This document shows, piece after piece, positions 13,400 to 26,309 of a DNA stretch of 64,000 nucleotides. The notes below the pieces were generated by a model. The model was not told where the DNA came from. It saw nothing but the letters and a program-made list of their open reading frames with translations, and searched no databases. The first letter of the stretch is position 1, and each line of letters begins with the position of its first letter. This DNA is from Squalus acanthias (taxonomy: Eukaryota): assembly GCA_030390025.1 (NCBI GenBank), contig CM059431.1, positions 145,640,001-145,704,000 on the forward strand, read 5' to 3'. Made by a program: the position numbers and the translations under genes.

Positions 13400-14204
13400 G
13401 GATGTGAGGTTAACCAATTTGGTCGAAAAATAGCAAGCGGAATATATTTTAACGTTGAGAGATTGGGAAATATTGGTATTCACCGGGACCTGGGTGTCCT
13501 TGTACAAGAATCACAGAAAATTAACTTGCAGTTACATAAATTGATTAGGAAAGCAAATGGTATGTCAGCCTTTATGACAAAAACGATTGGAGTAAAAGAT
13601 TAGAGAAGTCTTACTGCAATTATGTAGGGCCATGGTGAGACCACACCTGGAGTACTATGTACAACTTTGGACTCCTTATCTAAGGAATGATATACTGGTC
13701 TCAGAAGTAGTACAACGAAGGTTTACTAGGCTGATTCCTGGAATGGCGGATTGTCCTATGAGGAGATATTGAGTATACCAGGCCTATATTCTCTAGAGTT
13801 TAGAAGAATCAGAGTTGATCTCATTGAAACGTATATAATGTTTAAGGGGCTTGACAGGGTAGATGAAGGGAGGATGATTCCCCTGGCTGGGGACTCTAGA
13901 ACTAGGCGTCACAGTCTCAGAATAAGTGTTCGGCCATTTAGGACTGAGAGCAGGAGACATTTCTTCACTCAAAGTGTGGTGAATCTTTGCCAGTTTCCAC
14001 CCCAGAGGCCTGTAGATGTTCAGTCATTGAGCATATTCAAGACAGCGATCGATAGATTTTTTGTACTGTTGAATCAAGGGATATGGGGATAGGACGGGAA
14101 GATGGAGTTGTGGTACATCAGCAATGATCTTATTGAATGGCAGATCAGGCTTGAAGGGCCGAATGGCATACCCCTGCTCCTATTACTTATGTTCTTATGA
14201 TCTT
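13400..14204 (+). mobile_element. CR1 LINE 3' fragment
   Basis: MVRPHLEY, LYSLEFRRIRVDLIETY, FFTQSVVNL; TTATGTTCTTATG tail. Confidence 0.88.
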
Positions 14205-15580
14205 ACTTGTGTCCCCCAGAACTTATATCACTGGTGCTGCAAAAATGCTCAGTACTTGTGTCCCAGCAGTACGTATACCACCATTGCTGCGAGACTAGTC
14301 AGTACTCGTGTCCCAGCAGTACATATACCACAGATACAGTGTCAGCTATGGTTCAGCTGGTAGCACCCTCGCCTCTGAGTCAGGAGTTTGTGGGTTCAAT
14401 TCCCACTACATGGGACTTGAGCACAAAAAATCCAGGCTGACACTCCAGTGCAGTATTGAGGGAATACTGCACTCAGAGAGGTGCTGTCTTTCGGATGAGA
14501 CGTTAAACCCCGGCACCGTCTGCCAGCTCAGGTGGACGTAAGAGATCTTATGGCAATATTTCGAAGAAGAGCAGGGGAGTTTCACCGGTGTCCTGGCCAA
14601 TATTTATCCCTCAATCAATATTACTAAAAAAAGCAGAAATTCTGCTAATTATCATAGTGCTGTTTGTTGGAACTTGCTCTGCGCCAATTGGCTGCCACGT
14701 TTCCTACATTACAACACTGTGACTACACATCATAACGTACCTCTGTAAAGTGCTTTGGGACATCGGGTGCACGTCAAAGGCGTTAAATAAATGCAAGTCT
14801 TTCTTTCTTTCATTGCTGCAAAACTGGTCAGTACTCGTGTTCCAGCAGTCGGTGTTCCACCAGTGCTGCAAAGTTTGGGTCATCATCAGTAATGCAGTAG
14901 TTGCGTCACCATCAGTGCAACAAGAGTGGGGCCTCGAACAGGAATATTATCCCTGATAGCAGCGGAAGAGCATTGTCACCTTTGGTGTAACTGTAGACAA
15001 TCTATTACCAGAGGAACACGGTCACATCTAGTATATGTGGAGACGTACCACTTGTACAAAAGGAGCAGGATCACCACTGGTGTAAGATTATGGAACCACT
15101 AGTACCGGACGACCACGTTCACCGCTAGTTTAAGTGCAGGGCCAAAACTAGTGCTGGAGGAGGACAGTCACCTCACCTGTAAATGTCGATTGCCACTAGC
15201 AACGTAGAAACACTTTCTCCACTAGTGTAAGTGTAGTGGTCCCACTAGTACAGGAGTAGAACGGTCAACTCGAGTTTAAGTGTAGGATTTCACTAGTACA
15301 GGAGTAGCACGCTCACTCTAATCTAAGTGCAGGTTTACTACAACTGCAGGAGGAACACCGTTACTTTTAATGCTGCAGAATTGGGTTCATCAACAATATT
15401 GCAAGACTTGTTGTTTCACCGCCTGTTCTGGAGAAGTTGGGGCACTGGGACTGAGTCAAGCGCAGGGTCAGGGTGTGAAGTGCAAGGGGAGCTGCCTTCA
15501 CTACTCAAGTGGGAATAGGGTCTGCACATTTACAGGAGAGGTGACTGTCCTCCTCCACCGCCAGTACTGCGAGATTACAA
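14205..15580. repeat. Degenerate ~48-50 bp minisatellite upstream of GPCR copy 1, interrupted by a SINE
   Basis: ACT(T/C)GTGTCCC recurs at 14205, 14254 and 14304 and resumes after the SINE (~14833). ACTAGTACAGGAGTAG recurs at 15244 and 15292. Confidence 0.65.
14341..14811 (+). mobile_element. tRNA-derived Deu-domain SINE (SacSINE1/AmnSINE-like), full length
   Basis: Box A TGGTTCAGCTGG, box B GGGTTCAATTCCC, Deu-type core GTCTTTCGGATGAGACGTTAAACC...GAAGAAGAGCAGGGGAG...CCTGGCCAATATTTATCCCTCAA, and L2-like tail ATAAATGCAAG(TCTT)n. Confidence 0.85.
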
Positions 15581-15837
15581 TTTCTACTTGCAAAGAATGT
15601 TTTTTAAACATTTCCAATATCAATTTCAAAAATGACCCTTAATCTGACGTATAGGACAAAAGAAAACTTACCTGAGTCTATTTGTTAAATGACTGTAAGT
15701 AATACTAATTATGACTTAATCTGATTGACTCGCTGGAGGATTGATGTGTGGATAAATATAGGTTCACTTCCATTGCCTCAGCCGTGCGCCAGTCAGAGTC
15801 TTCCTGCTCCGACAGAATTCATCCATTCTCACAGAAA

Positions 15838-17304
15838 ATGGGGCGGCCAACTATTCTGCTGATAAAAGATATTTACTTCAAGATTCTCGCAGCTGTCGGT
15901 GTCCCCGGTGAGCCATTCTAACCTGTTTATTGTTAATCGGCGTTAACTGTGTCCTTCATCTTAATAGCTGTTGGTTAAGGTAACGCGTTCTCCGATGTCA
16001 GCATTACACAGTCAGCAGTGACTGGGCCTACTAGTGAACCGCGGGTCCACACTTCCGTGTTCCCCTTAATATGAACACGTTAATGATGTTACAAAGTTCT
16101 TTGAAGCTCCAATACAAGGATTTTAGCGGATTTCCGGACCGTCTTGTCCCCCCGTGCAGAGTGAGCGCTGCAGCAGCTCATTAAAATGTGTGGGTGGGTT
16201 TCCCAGGTAATGGCTCCAATACCAATCCTGTTCTCACACTGCTCCGTGTGGATAATCACACTGAATGGAGTAAAATGCTCTCAACAGGTATCTCCATATA
16301 TATTTCAATCAGACACTGGAACATTATTTCTCTCCTCTCTCTTTCTTACAGCGAATTTGGTGACAATGGTGATTCTCTCCCGAGGAAACTGCAGCCTTTC
16401 CAAGTGTATCTCTGTCTACATGGTGGCCATGGCAACAGCAGATCTACTGGTCATGGTCTTCAATGTAATGGTGTATTTTATTTTCAGTCGTCGCTTTCCA
16501 CTTTCATTCCTGTCCCACACTCCCGTGTGTAAGTTCATTCTATACATCACTGCTGTCAACCTCGATTTGTCTGTTTGGTTCACCGTCTCCTTCACATTTG
16601 ATCGATTTGTAGTTATCTGCTGCCAGAACATTAAAGTTAAGTATTGCACCGCGAGAACTGCGGTCGCGGTAGTAACAACGTTCTCTGTTCTGATCTTGTT
16701 AAAGAACATTACCTTTATGTTTGCATATGAACGTCAGCAAATAATTAACAATGTGCAGTGGGGCTGCGGGCCAAGTGTAGCTTTCTTTTCCTCACCTCCA
16801 GGTGCAGCGTACTGCTGGTTTCACATCGCCTGGGTAGTTTGGCTTCCTTTTACTTTAATCGCCTTTTTTAATTATTTGACAATCAGACGCATTTTAGTGG
16901 CCAGCAGAGCCCGCAGGGGACTCCGGGCTCACCGGAGTGAGAATCAGAGCGATCCAGAGATGGAGAACCGAAGGAAATCCATCATTTTACTCTTCACTAT
17001 ATCGGGCAGTTTTATACTGTTGTGGTTGACATTTTTCGTTAGTTTTGCAACTACCGGACTGACAAACCCCAATTATTACCGAGGTGACCGCACAAACTCA
17101 GCCTATATCGCCACTGAAACCGGAGCCATGCTGAAGCTTTTGAGTTCCTGTATAAACCCGTGTATTTATGCAGCGACCCAGAGAAAATTCAGAGAAGAGC
17201 TGAAGAAGGTGCTGAAATCTCCCTGGACACTGATTATAAGATTGGTTAAAAATAAAAGAAATACGAACTGGAGCTCCCTTTGGAACATCAGAATTCACGT
17301 TTAG
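15838..17304 (+). CDS. Intact two-exon GPR139/GPR142-like class A orphan GPCR (exon 1 15838-15907, exon 2 16352-17304; 340 aa)
   Basis: Exon 1 MGRPTILLIKDIYFKILAAVGVP/G ends at G|GTGAG. A phase-1 intron ends at TTTCTTACAG|. Exon 2 has ANLVTMVILSR, MATADL (TM2), FTFDRFVVIC (DRY-equivalent), CINPCIY (NPxxY) and FREEL (helix 8); seven hydrophobic segments, no disablement. Confidence 0.9.
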
Positions 17305-17999
17305 CTCCTACTCCAGCTTAGACTGGGGTTCTCAATCCTTACAGCTTCACCAAGATGGCTAATGTAAAATCTCAGAGTTACGTCACTATATCTATGCCCC
17401 TTGTTGCATTTAACCCAACATTGACCTTGGGATTGCACAGTTCATTAACTGATGACTCCTATCCAATAATGACATTCCGCCTTTAGTACGAAAAGTGTCA
17501 GTGATGAATGAAGTTTAATAATGGAATCGAATATTTGATCAACGGTTTAATATCTGACAGAGCGAGGACTGTAATTTAATTCTAACGTGTAATTGACAGG
17601 AATATCCGCCAGATTTAGGATAACACTCGGTGGTTTAGAACTCCTGGTGAACTTATTTTTTCTATCAGGTTTGAGGAAAATGTTGCTTGGACTGATTGCA
17701 GCTGTTCCGACCACTTCATCCCGTTTCCTGGGCATAAGGAGCGGTGCCGCTGTCTCGTTCGCAGTGTCGTGACGTTACACCATCTCTTTGAATATTAACT
17801 GGCGTTGCCTCGTTTTACCTGTTTTTTTCTGACGTCTCTATTATTCAGAAGGAGTTGAGGGGTGGTCCAGCAACATTAAAATAAAGTTATTATTTGTTAT
17901 TGCTAAATTTGTCAGAGGGAATTTGACTGCTGTTAATCTGAAGTAGCGACAGGGGTAAACAGGTAAAGCTGTGTAAGATTTATAATGGGCTAAATAATG

Positions 18000-18700
18000 G
18001 GGGAAGTTAATTCAACGATCTGCGCAATGTAATAATCAGGTATTGAGCTGGAACAATCCTCTCTCTGTGTTGGTGCACAGGCAGTAACAAATAATACCTG
18101 CTGCCGTTTACCAACTGGTGTTGAACCGGTGTCCCCAGTGCAAGACTGTGCATTCGGAGCTGCGTGTGACACCACTGGGGACCTGGGTTTGAGACCGTTG
18201 CTCGCTGGAAAGACATCAGCTGAATACTTGAAACAAGTAAATAACATTGTGTCTGCCCTCCTGTTCTGCTTCAGATAAAACTGTTTTAACATGTAATCTG
18301 CAGAGTGTGGGTTGTAGATTGGAAGATGTCGAGGAGAAGCTGCCCCAGGCATTGGTAAATTCCACCGTTCACACTGCAGGATGTGTAAAATCAGCAGAGG
18401 CAATGTTCCGACTGCTTCCACTCTTCTCTTCAATATACCCGGATACACGTAGAATACAGCCAGTGCAGTGTCCACTGCATCTTTACTCGCCTTCTGTCAT
18501 TGATGGGCATCGCATATATTGGTTGCTTTGTTGGTTCAAATTTTCTTGAAAATTTATTGTCTTCAATGTGGGTTTTTTTCACAGCCGGTTTGTGCGCTGT
18601 CAATCTTCTGCCGGGTGTCTGCACTCCTCCTGATGGCGTTGTTTTGCGCCCAGTGCGGGAACTTCCTGACCTGAACACAAGGGGTGGGGTGCAGCGGTCG
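18000..18700 (-). mobile_element. Possible very decayed Ty3/Gypsy gag-protease remnant
   Basis: Frame-jumping peptide PIYAMPINDRRRVKMQ/MDTALAV..., SVNGGIYQCLGQ and KYSADVF resembles the Gypsy protease region (MxxDTGAxxS...YNGxxIxxLG...YxDVF). Weak. Confidence 0.3.
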
Positions 18701-18884
18701 TCAGGTTAGAGCTCTAGTTGCCTGTCTCTAATGGGCTCGGCTCCACAAGTAAAACAGTAACTGAGCTCGGGGTTTGCTAAAGAGTTTTTAATTTTTACAC
18801 GAATCGGCCTTGCATGGTATCTCTATTCTTCCGGTGTCCTGGTCAGTAATTATTGCTGAACAAACAGAATTACAACAGCTCATT

Positions 18885-19069
18885 GGGGGTGCAGTTGGAC
18901 ACGGAAGGGATCGCAAACCAGGCGAATCACATTAGCCGACAATTATACGACAAGCACGATATTAATTTCTAGTGAAGTCAATGTAAGTGAATATCGGGCC
19001 CAGCGTATAACAGACGATGATGAGATACAGGTCGTTTCGTGTCCCTCCGCCCATGCCCAATTTTGGCCC
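18885..19069. mobile_element. Degenerate palindromic MITE (same family as 27542-27726)
   Basis: Inverted arms TTATACG..GCACGATATT / GAATATCGGGC..GCGTATAA around a GTGAAGTCAATG core. Confidence 0.5.
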
Positions 19070-19210
19070 ATCTGGTCATTTATCGTATTAGTGTTTGTGG
19101 GACCTGGCTATGCGCAAATTGACTTCCGCATTTCCTGACATTACTGCAATGACTTCACTTTAAAATTACTTTGTTAACTGTGAGGCACGTTACGAAGTCC
19201 TGAGGTCTTG
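19070..19210 (+). mobile_element. 3' fragment of Deu-type SINE
   Basis: Aligns to 14640-14770 (CTGGTCATTTATC..GTTTGTGGGACC..GCGCAAATTG..TTTCC..ACATTAC). Confidence 0.6.
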
Positions 19211-19434
19211 AATGGTCCCCAATGTGATACTCCAAATGAACGGAACACTAAACTAATTAAAATAGTTACAGCAGAAGTGACAGATAAGATGTATGTTAAG
19301 TTAAATGGTGTAATTAATATAGCATCAGGTGAAAAGGTCAGGTTATTGTCTCTTTCCACAATAAGAGTATTATATACGAAAGCACGTGCTATAACAAATA
19401 CATTTAGTGAATTAGAGGTTCAAATGTGTCAAAT

Positions 19435-20335
19435 GGACCCGAGTTTGCTGATGCTACAAAGCTCGGTGGCAAAGTACGTTGTGAGCAGGATGCAAAGATG
19501 ATGCAAAGGGATATAGACAGGTTAAGTGAGTGGGAAAGAACATGGCAGATGGAATATAACATGGGGAAATCTGAAGTTATCCACATTGGTAGGAAATATA
19601 GAAAAACAGAATTTTTAAAATGGTGAGATATTGCAGCATGTTGGGATTCAGAGGGAACTGGGTGTCCTTGTACACTGCAAGTCAGCATGCAGGTGCGGCA
19701 AGCAATTAGGAAAGCAAATGGTATGTTAGCCTTTATTAAAAAAGGATTGCAGTATAAGAGTAAATAAGTCTTACTGCAATTATATAAATCCTTGGTAAGA
19801 CCAGTCGTGACGTCCTGTGTAAAGTTTCAGTCTCCTTATTTGAGGAAGGATATACTTGCCATAGAGGGAGTGCAACGGATGTCCATCAGACTGATTGCTT
19901 GGGGCGAGGGGACTGTGCTATGAGGAGAGATTGTATAGACGAGGATTATATTCTCTAGAATTTAGAAGAATTGAGGTGATTTAATTGAAACATGTAGATG
20001 CTGGAAGGAGGTTTCCCCGGGCTGGGGAGTCTAAAACGAGGGGTCACAGTCACAGAATAAGAGGTCTGCCATTTCGGACTGAGATGAGTAGAAATTTCTT
20101 CATTCAGAGGGTGGTGAATCTTTGGAAAACTCGACACCACAGGGCTGTGGAGGCTCAGTCGTGAGTATACTCAAGACAGATATCGATAAATATTTGACAA
20201 CGAAGGGAATTAAGGGGTATGGGGACAGTGCGGGAAATTGGAGTTGAGGTAACAGATCAGCTATGATCATATTGAATGGCGGAGTCGGCTCTAAGGGCCG
20301 AATGGCCTAATCCTGCTCCTATTTCTTTTGTTTTT
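19435..20335 (+). mobile_element. CR1 LINE 3' fragment (nested)
   Basis: FADATKLGG...QRDIDRLSEW..TWQMEYN; CR1 3' UTR GGGCCGAATGGCCT..TCCTGCTCCTATTTCTT. Confidence 0.88.
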
Positions 20336-20426
20336 AAATGCAGCTTAGAGGGTACGACATGGTGGCAATTACTGGGACATGCTGTAATCTGGTCATGATC
20401 GGGAGTTAAATATTCCAGGTTATATG

Positions 20427-22035
20427 AACATAAGAATATAAGAAATAACAGCAGGAGTATGCCATTTGGCCCCTCGATCCTGCTCTGCCATTCAATAAGA
20501 TCATGACTGATCTAATCTTGGCCTCAACTCCACTTCCCTGCCCGCTCCCCATAACCCTTGACTACCCTATAGTTGAAGAAGCTGTCTAATACATCTTAAA
20601 TATATTCAATTACAAAGCCTCCACCGCTCTGTGGGGTCGAGAATTCCAAAGATTCACGACCTTCTGAGAGAAGAAATTTCTCCTCATCTCCGTTTTAAAT
20701 GGGCGTCGCCTTATTTTGAAACTATGCCCCCTAGTTCGAGATTCCCCCACGGGGGGTACAATCCTCTCTGTATGTACCCTGCCAAGTCCCCTCAGAATCT
20801 TATATATTTCAATAACACCATCTCCCTTTCTTCTAAACTCCAATGAGTAAAGGCCCAACCTGCTCAACCTCTCTTCATAAGACAACCCCCTCATCTCAGG
20901 AATCAACCTAGTGAACCTTCTATGAACTGCCGCTAATGCAAGTATATCTCTCCTTAAATAAGCAGACCAAAACTGTTCGCAGTACTCCAGGTGTGGTCTC
21001 ACCAAGGCCTTCACAGTTGTAGCAAGACTTCCCTACATTTATACTTCATCCCCCTTGCAATAAAGGCCAACATTACATTTGCCTTCCCAATTACTTTCTG
21101 TACCTGCATGCTAACTTGTTGTGTTCCATGTACAAGGACACCCAGATCCCTCTTTACCGCAGCATTTTGCAGTTTCTCTCCACTTAAATAATAATTTGCT
21201 TTTCTTTATTTTTCCGACCAAAGTGGATAACCTCACATTTTCTCACATTTTATTCCATCTGCCAAGTTTTTGCCCACTCACTTAACCTATCTGTATTCCT
21301 TTTCCGATTCTTTGTGTCCTTCTTTCCCACCTATCTTTTTATCATAAGCAAATTTCGCTACATTACACTCGGTCCCTACATCCAAGTCAATAATATTGAT
21401 TGTAAATAGTTGAGGCCCGAGCACTGATCCCTGTGGCATCTCACTAGTTAAAGTTTGCCAACTTTAAAATGACCCATTTATCCTGACTTTTCTGTTCTCT
21501 GTTGGTTAGCCAAACCTCTAACTATGCTAATATATTACCCTCAACCCCGTGAGCTCTTATCTTGTGTAGTAACCTTTTATGTGGCACCTTATCGAATGCC
21601 TTCTGGAAATCCAAATACTTTACATCTACTAGTTCCCCTTTATCCACCCTGCTCATTACATCCTCAAAGAACTCTAGCAAATTTGTAAAACATGATTTCA
21701 CTTTCATACACCCCTGCTGACTCTGTTTGATTGTATTATGATTTTCTAAATGTCCTGCTGCTACTTTCTTAATAATCGACTCCAGCATTTTCCCTATGAC
21801 AGATGTTCGGCTAACTGGTCTATAGTTTCCTGCGTTCTGTCTCCCTCCTTTCTTAAATAGGGGCTTTACATTTGCGGTTTTTCAGTAGGCTGGGACCTCT
21901 CCATAATCCAGGGAATTTATCCACTATCTCTACAGCCACTTCTTTTAAGACCCTAGGATGTAGTCCTTCAGGTACAGGGGACTTTTTCACCTTTAGTCTC
22001 ATTAGTGTGCCTAGTACTTTTTCCCTAGTGATAGT
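20427..22035 (-). mobile_element. CR1 LINE 3' fragment (nested)
   Basis: LDFQKAFDKVPHKRLL and LVRPHLEYCEQFWS; tail GAACATAAGAATATAAGAA on the + strand. Confidence 0.9.
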
Positions 22036-24525
22036 GTTCTGTAGAAAGGATAGAGAAACTGTAAGAGGAGGAGGGACAGCCTAAATGATGAATCGTATAT
22101 TACAGCATTAGTGAGAGAGGATATAGGTAAGGTAAAGAAATCAGCTGAGAGTCTGTGTTGGGAATTTAGGAATAAGCAAGTACTTAAAGCTTTAACGGGA
22201 GTTGTCTACAGGCTTCCCGATAGCAGCAATGAAGATACTGCATGTGTTAAATCGGAGATTAGAGATGATTGTAGCAAAAGCAGGGTTGTGTAAATTGGAG
22301 ACTTTAATTTTCAGCTAACATGGGAAGAGCAGAGTAGATCAAGCCGGAAAAGTAGTGAATATATTGAGATCATTCAAGATAGTTTTCTGGAGAAATATGT
22401 TGAATAACCAACAACATTTAGTTGATTTAGTAATGAACAATGATCCAGTCTTAGTTAATAATATAACAGTAAGAAAACTATTATCTAACAGTAGGCATAA
22501 TATGATCGAATACAATGCTCGGTTTTAAAGCAGAAACGTAACACAGTTTTAAGATTCTACATTTTGGTAACTTTAACTGGAAGAAACAGAGACTCACGAC
22601 TGCAATCTGGTCAAAATTGTTATCGAGTAAGAGCACAGATGAACAGCGGCAGGTGTTCAGAATTTATTTTAGTTTAATACAGGACCAGTATATACCCCTA
22701 AAGGGCAAGAGCTCTACTTACCAATTAAAAAAGACATGGTCGACATAGAGTTGAGAGATAACATAAAACTATAGGAAATAGCGTGCAAAAGTGCAAAGAA
22801 CAGTGCAGATGCAGAGGATTGGAATAAACATAAATGACAACAAAGCAAGACAAAAAATGATAGTAAGAGTTGCAAAAATGAGTATAAAAGAAACTTGTGA
22901 GAGTAACCAAGATTAACACGAAAGGTTTTTTACAATGATATTAGAAGAAAAATGCATAGTCACGGGTAATGAGTTTGATTTAGAAACATATGTGGGTAAT
23001 ATCGCAAATTCAAATACGACAATGGCAGACATGTTGAAATATTAATGTTTGTCTGTCTTCATAGTAGGTGAAGGGGATAATGTGCCTAATATTCCAGTGA
23101 AACTAGTAATGAATCCAGGATTGGAACTCGTAAGCAAGAAAACAGTATTTGAAAAAAATAATGGCACTAAAGTGTAAGATGTTCTCAGGACCTGAAGGTT
23201 TCCAGCCAGAGTTTTAAAGGAAGTGACTGAGCAAATTGCAGATGCGTTTGCAATAATCTTCCAAAACAATCGCGATTCGGGAATTATCATTTTAGATTGG
23301 AAACTTACAACTGTAACTCTAATATTTTAGAAAGTTGTGAGAAAGAAACCAGGAAATTATGGACCTTTTAGTTAACTTGTGTTACAGGGAAGTTATTGGA
23401 ATCTATAATTAAGGACAGAGTGCTGAGCACTTAGTCAATATCGAGCTGACTAGAGAGAGCCAACATGGATTTGTAAATAGTATGTCAGGTATAAAGATAC
23501 TAATTGATTTTTTTGAGGAAGTAACTAAAGTGATCGAGATGGAATGGATATGGATGTAGTTCCACCAAAGCGACTGTTCGCTCAAATTAAAGTTCATGGA
23601 ATTGAAGGTAAATTATTGTTCTGGTTAGGACAGTGGTTAGGCGGCAGAAGAGAATAGAATAATGAGTATGTACTCTAATTGGACGGAAGTGACTAGTGGT
23701 GGTCCACAAGGATGTGCGCTGGGCCTTCAACTATTCACATTATTTATTAATGACTTATAACAATATCAAGACACACATATGCAAGTTTGTCGATGAAACA
23801 AAGATGGGTGACACAGTAAGTAATGTAATCGGAGCATAAAATTACGAAGACATCTTGATAGATTGAGTGAGGAGCTAAACTGTGGCAGATGGATTTCAAT
23901 AAACCTAAGTGTGTGAGTGTACATTTTGGACGAAAACAGGATAGATCTGAATATTTGGAAAATATAGGAGCAGTGGAGGTCCTAAGAGATTTAGGGGTCC
24001 ATGTGCACAGATTACTAAAATATAATAGTCAGATACAAAATAATCAAAACGGCTAATGGAATGACAGCAAATTGCAACCAGTGGGCTATAATATAAAGGG
24101 TAAGATGTTTTTCTACAGCTATACAAAGCCCGGGTTATAGAACATCTGAAGAACTGTGTACTGCGCGGGGAACAGCACCTAAGAAAGGATATATTGATTG
24201 ATGAAGGATTGCTGCGCAGATTCGCCAGAATGTTACTGGGGCTCCAAGGGTTAGATTATAAGGAGAGATTACATAAACTAGGCCTCTATTCCATGGAATA
24301 TAGAAGTTAGCGGGTGAAATATATTGAGGAATTTAAGGTTTTGGAAGGAATTGAAAGAGTAGAGAGAAACATTTTCTACTGTTGGGCGATTCTGGGACGG
24401 GGACATAACCTTTCAATCAGAGCGAAACATTTTAAGAGAGAAGGTCGGAAATAATTCTTCAATAAAGGGTAGTGGAAGTGTGGAACTCTCTCCCACAAAA
24501 TGCAGTACATGCTGGCGCAATTAAT

Positions 24526-25336
24526 GTCCCAGAATTTGTGGTACGGATGACAGGTAACTGGCAGCATTCGCTGTCAATCCACCTTTGAAACTGACCGCAA
24601 ATTCGTGAATTGACGCATGTGCAGGCGTATGTGCAAATCCTGAATTTGAGGTCTGTCATTCACTGCTCCGACACAGGTTGCGCTGTACACCCACCCCCAC
24701 CCCACTCCCCACGGCTACTCTTCCCCCTCCCCACCCCGCCATAGCCATCAGTCAGTGTAATCACTCAAATCAGCTAAACTGACGAAATCTTCGGCTCGAC
24801 CGGAGTAATTACGCTGTTAAAGTCCGCAATAAAATTTAGCTCCAAATGGATTAGTTGCAACTGGGGTTTTTGACACCGTATTGACTGCTAAACAAAGGTT
24901 ACGAGTCTGAAAAACTAATTATAATTTTGGCAGTGTGAAATTTATCTGCTTCAGTAAAAAATAAATTTGTAGAGAATTTTTTGAAACAATATTTTTTGCA
25001 GTTTGTTCATCTTCATTTCAGGTTTGCCTTTTCCCAATGTGAGCGCCCCAATCATTGTTTTACTCTATCTAACATTTTTAAAAATGTAGAATTTTAAGAG
25101 CTTACCCACTTCCATGATCGCTGTCTGAGAGAATTATGTGTTTTGATTGGCTGCTTAGACAGCCTGTTGACGTCAAAGCGGCTTGCACAAGGGATCCCCG
25201 CTATTCTCCGCTGATTGAATTGAATGTTGGAAAACCAGAACTTCTCCACCTAGCGATCGTAAGATCGTTGTGTGAACCTTATTTCCGGGCCAGCGGTGAA
25301 TGCCTTCACTTCGCCACTGATTGAAAATTCTGGGCC
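24526..25336. mobile_element. Non-autonomous DNA transposon (PIF/Harbinger-like MITE), 3-bp TSD
   Basis: TIRs GTCCCAGAATTT / AAATTCTGGGCC (11 of 12 match) and TSD AAT (24523-24525, 25337-25339). It cleanly interrupts the CR1 3' region. Confidence 0.7.
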
Positions 25337-25496
25337 AATAAGTTTAAATCAGAGATCGATAGGTTTTTTGCTAGCCAAGGGTATCCAAGTATATCGAGCG
25401 GGAGCGGGTAGATATGGTTAGGGTACCGATCAGCCGTGCTGTAATTGAATCGCGGAGCAGAATGGTCTACTCCTCTTGCTATGGTTCTATGTTAAA

Positions 25497-25870
25497 CAGC
25501 CACACCCTCCATCACTGGCGCACCGTCTCCGCAGTGTGGACTAATTCCAGGAGGAATTGCAGCAACTCGCCAAGGCTTCTTGCAAAGCATCTCCGAAACC
25601 CGCGATCATTACTGCCTAGTAGAAGGATAGCATACAGAATGGAAACACTATCACGTCCAGGTTCCCCTTCAAGAACACAATATAGTGACTTGGGCATCTA
25701 TCACCGTTACTGGATCAAAATCATGGAAATCCTTACTTAACAACACTGAGAGAGCACCTTCACCAGTAGTTCAAGAAGACAGCTCGCAGCACCTTCTCAA
25801 GGGCAACTATGAATGGACAATCATTACTGGCCTTCCCAGCGACGGCCACATCTGAAGTATTAATTTTAAA
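25497..25870 (+). mobile_element. Family-B LINE 3' end fragment
   Basis: Aligns to 36145-36545 (CACC.TCCA.CAC.GG.GCA..., TCTCAAGGGCAA, TGGCCTT..CAGCGAC). Confidence 0.7.
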
Positions 25871-26309
25871 ATCGGTGTAAATCTTGCTATTTGTACCCAT
25901 GTTATTTCATTACCACCGGTGAGGTAGAAGTTCATTGTTTGATTTTAGCAAGTCGCAGATTTGGCATTTGAGCTGATCCTTGCCTTGTCCAGATCCTTGA
26001 GGAAGTATTTATTTCCCCAGAGAATAGAGGACCTCTTGAACAGGCTACTCTCTCCTGCGGTGGACGGCGACTCTCTGATGTTCCTCGAGAGACCTGGACC
26101 TGTTTCTGTCTGGGGTGGAGATCCCAGTTTACAAAAGGGAGGTTCTGCCAAATCCAGGATCGGAGAGATCACCTGGAATAGTTTCAATCGCCTAGATTGG
26201 TCGGAGAGGAATTTTCTCCCCAAATTGGCCTGGGTTTCTACATGGGTTTTCTTCTCTCACAAGAACTCACATGGTTTTGGATAGGGTGGACAGTGAACCA
26301 CATTCAGAC

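Larger units (their letters stand above)
19360..25495 (+). mobile_element. Old CR1 ORF2 host element interrupted by three later insertions
   Basis: Endonuclease start VLYTKARAITN..SELE (~19365) continues as GYDMVAITG at 20340, then as GVVYRLPDS and a decayed RT at 22036-24525, then as a 3' end with TATGGTTCTATG tail at 25340-25495. Confidence 0.75.

Noticed and set aside
14341..14410. tRNA gene
   Set aside because: The A/B boxes belong to the head of a SINE that continues into a Deu core and LINE-like tail.
16186..16351. N-terminal 55 aa of the 372-aa ORF as part of the receptor
   Set aside because: This is intron read-through. The real first exon is 15838-15907 with GT/AG sites, mirrored in the paralog (the same applies to 38735-38906).
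25865..26290. ORFs 25945-26223 and 25961-26284
   Set aside because: No recognisable motifs. The 3' part resembles a LINE UTR fragment, and I cannot support a call.
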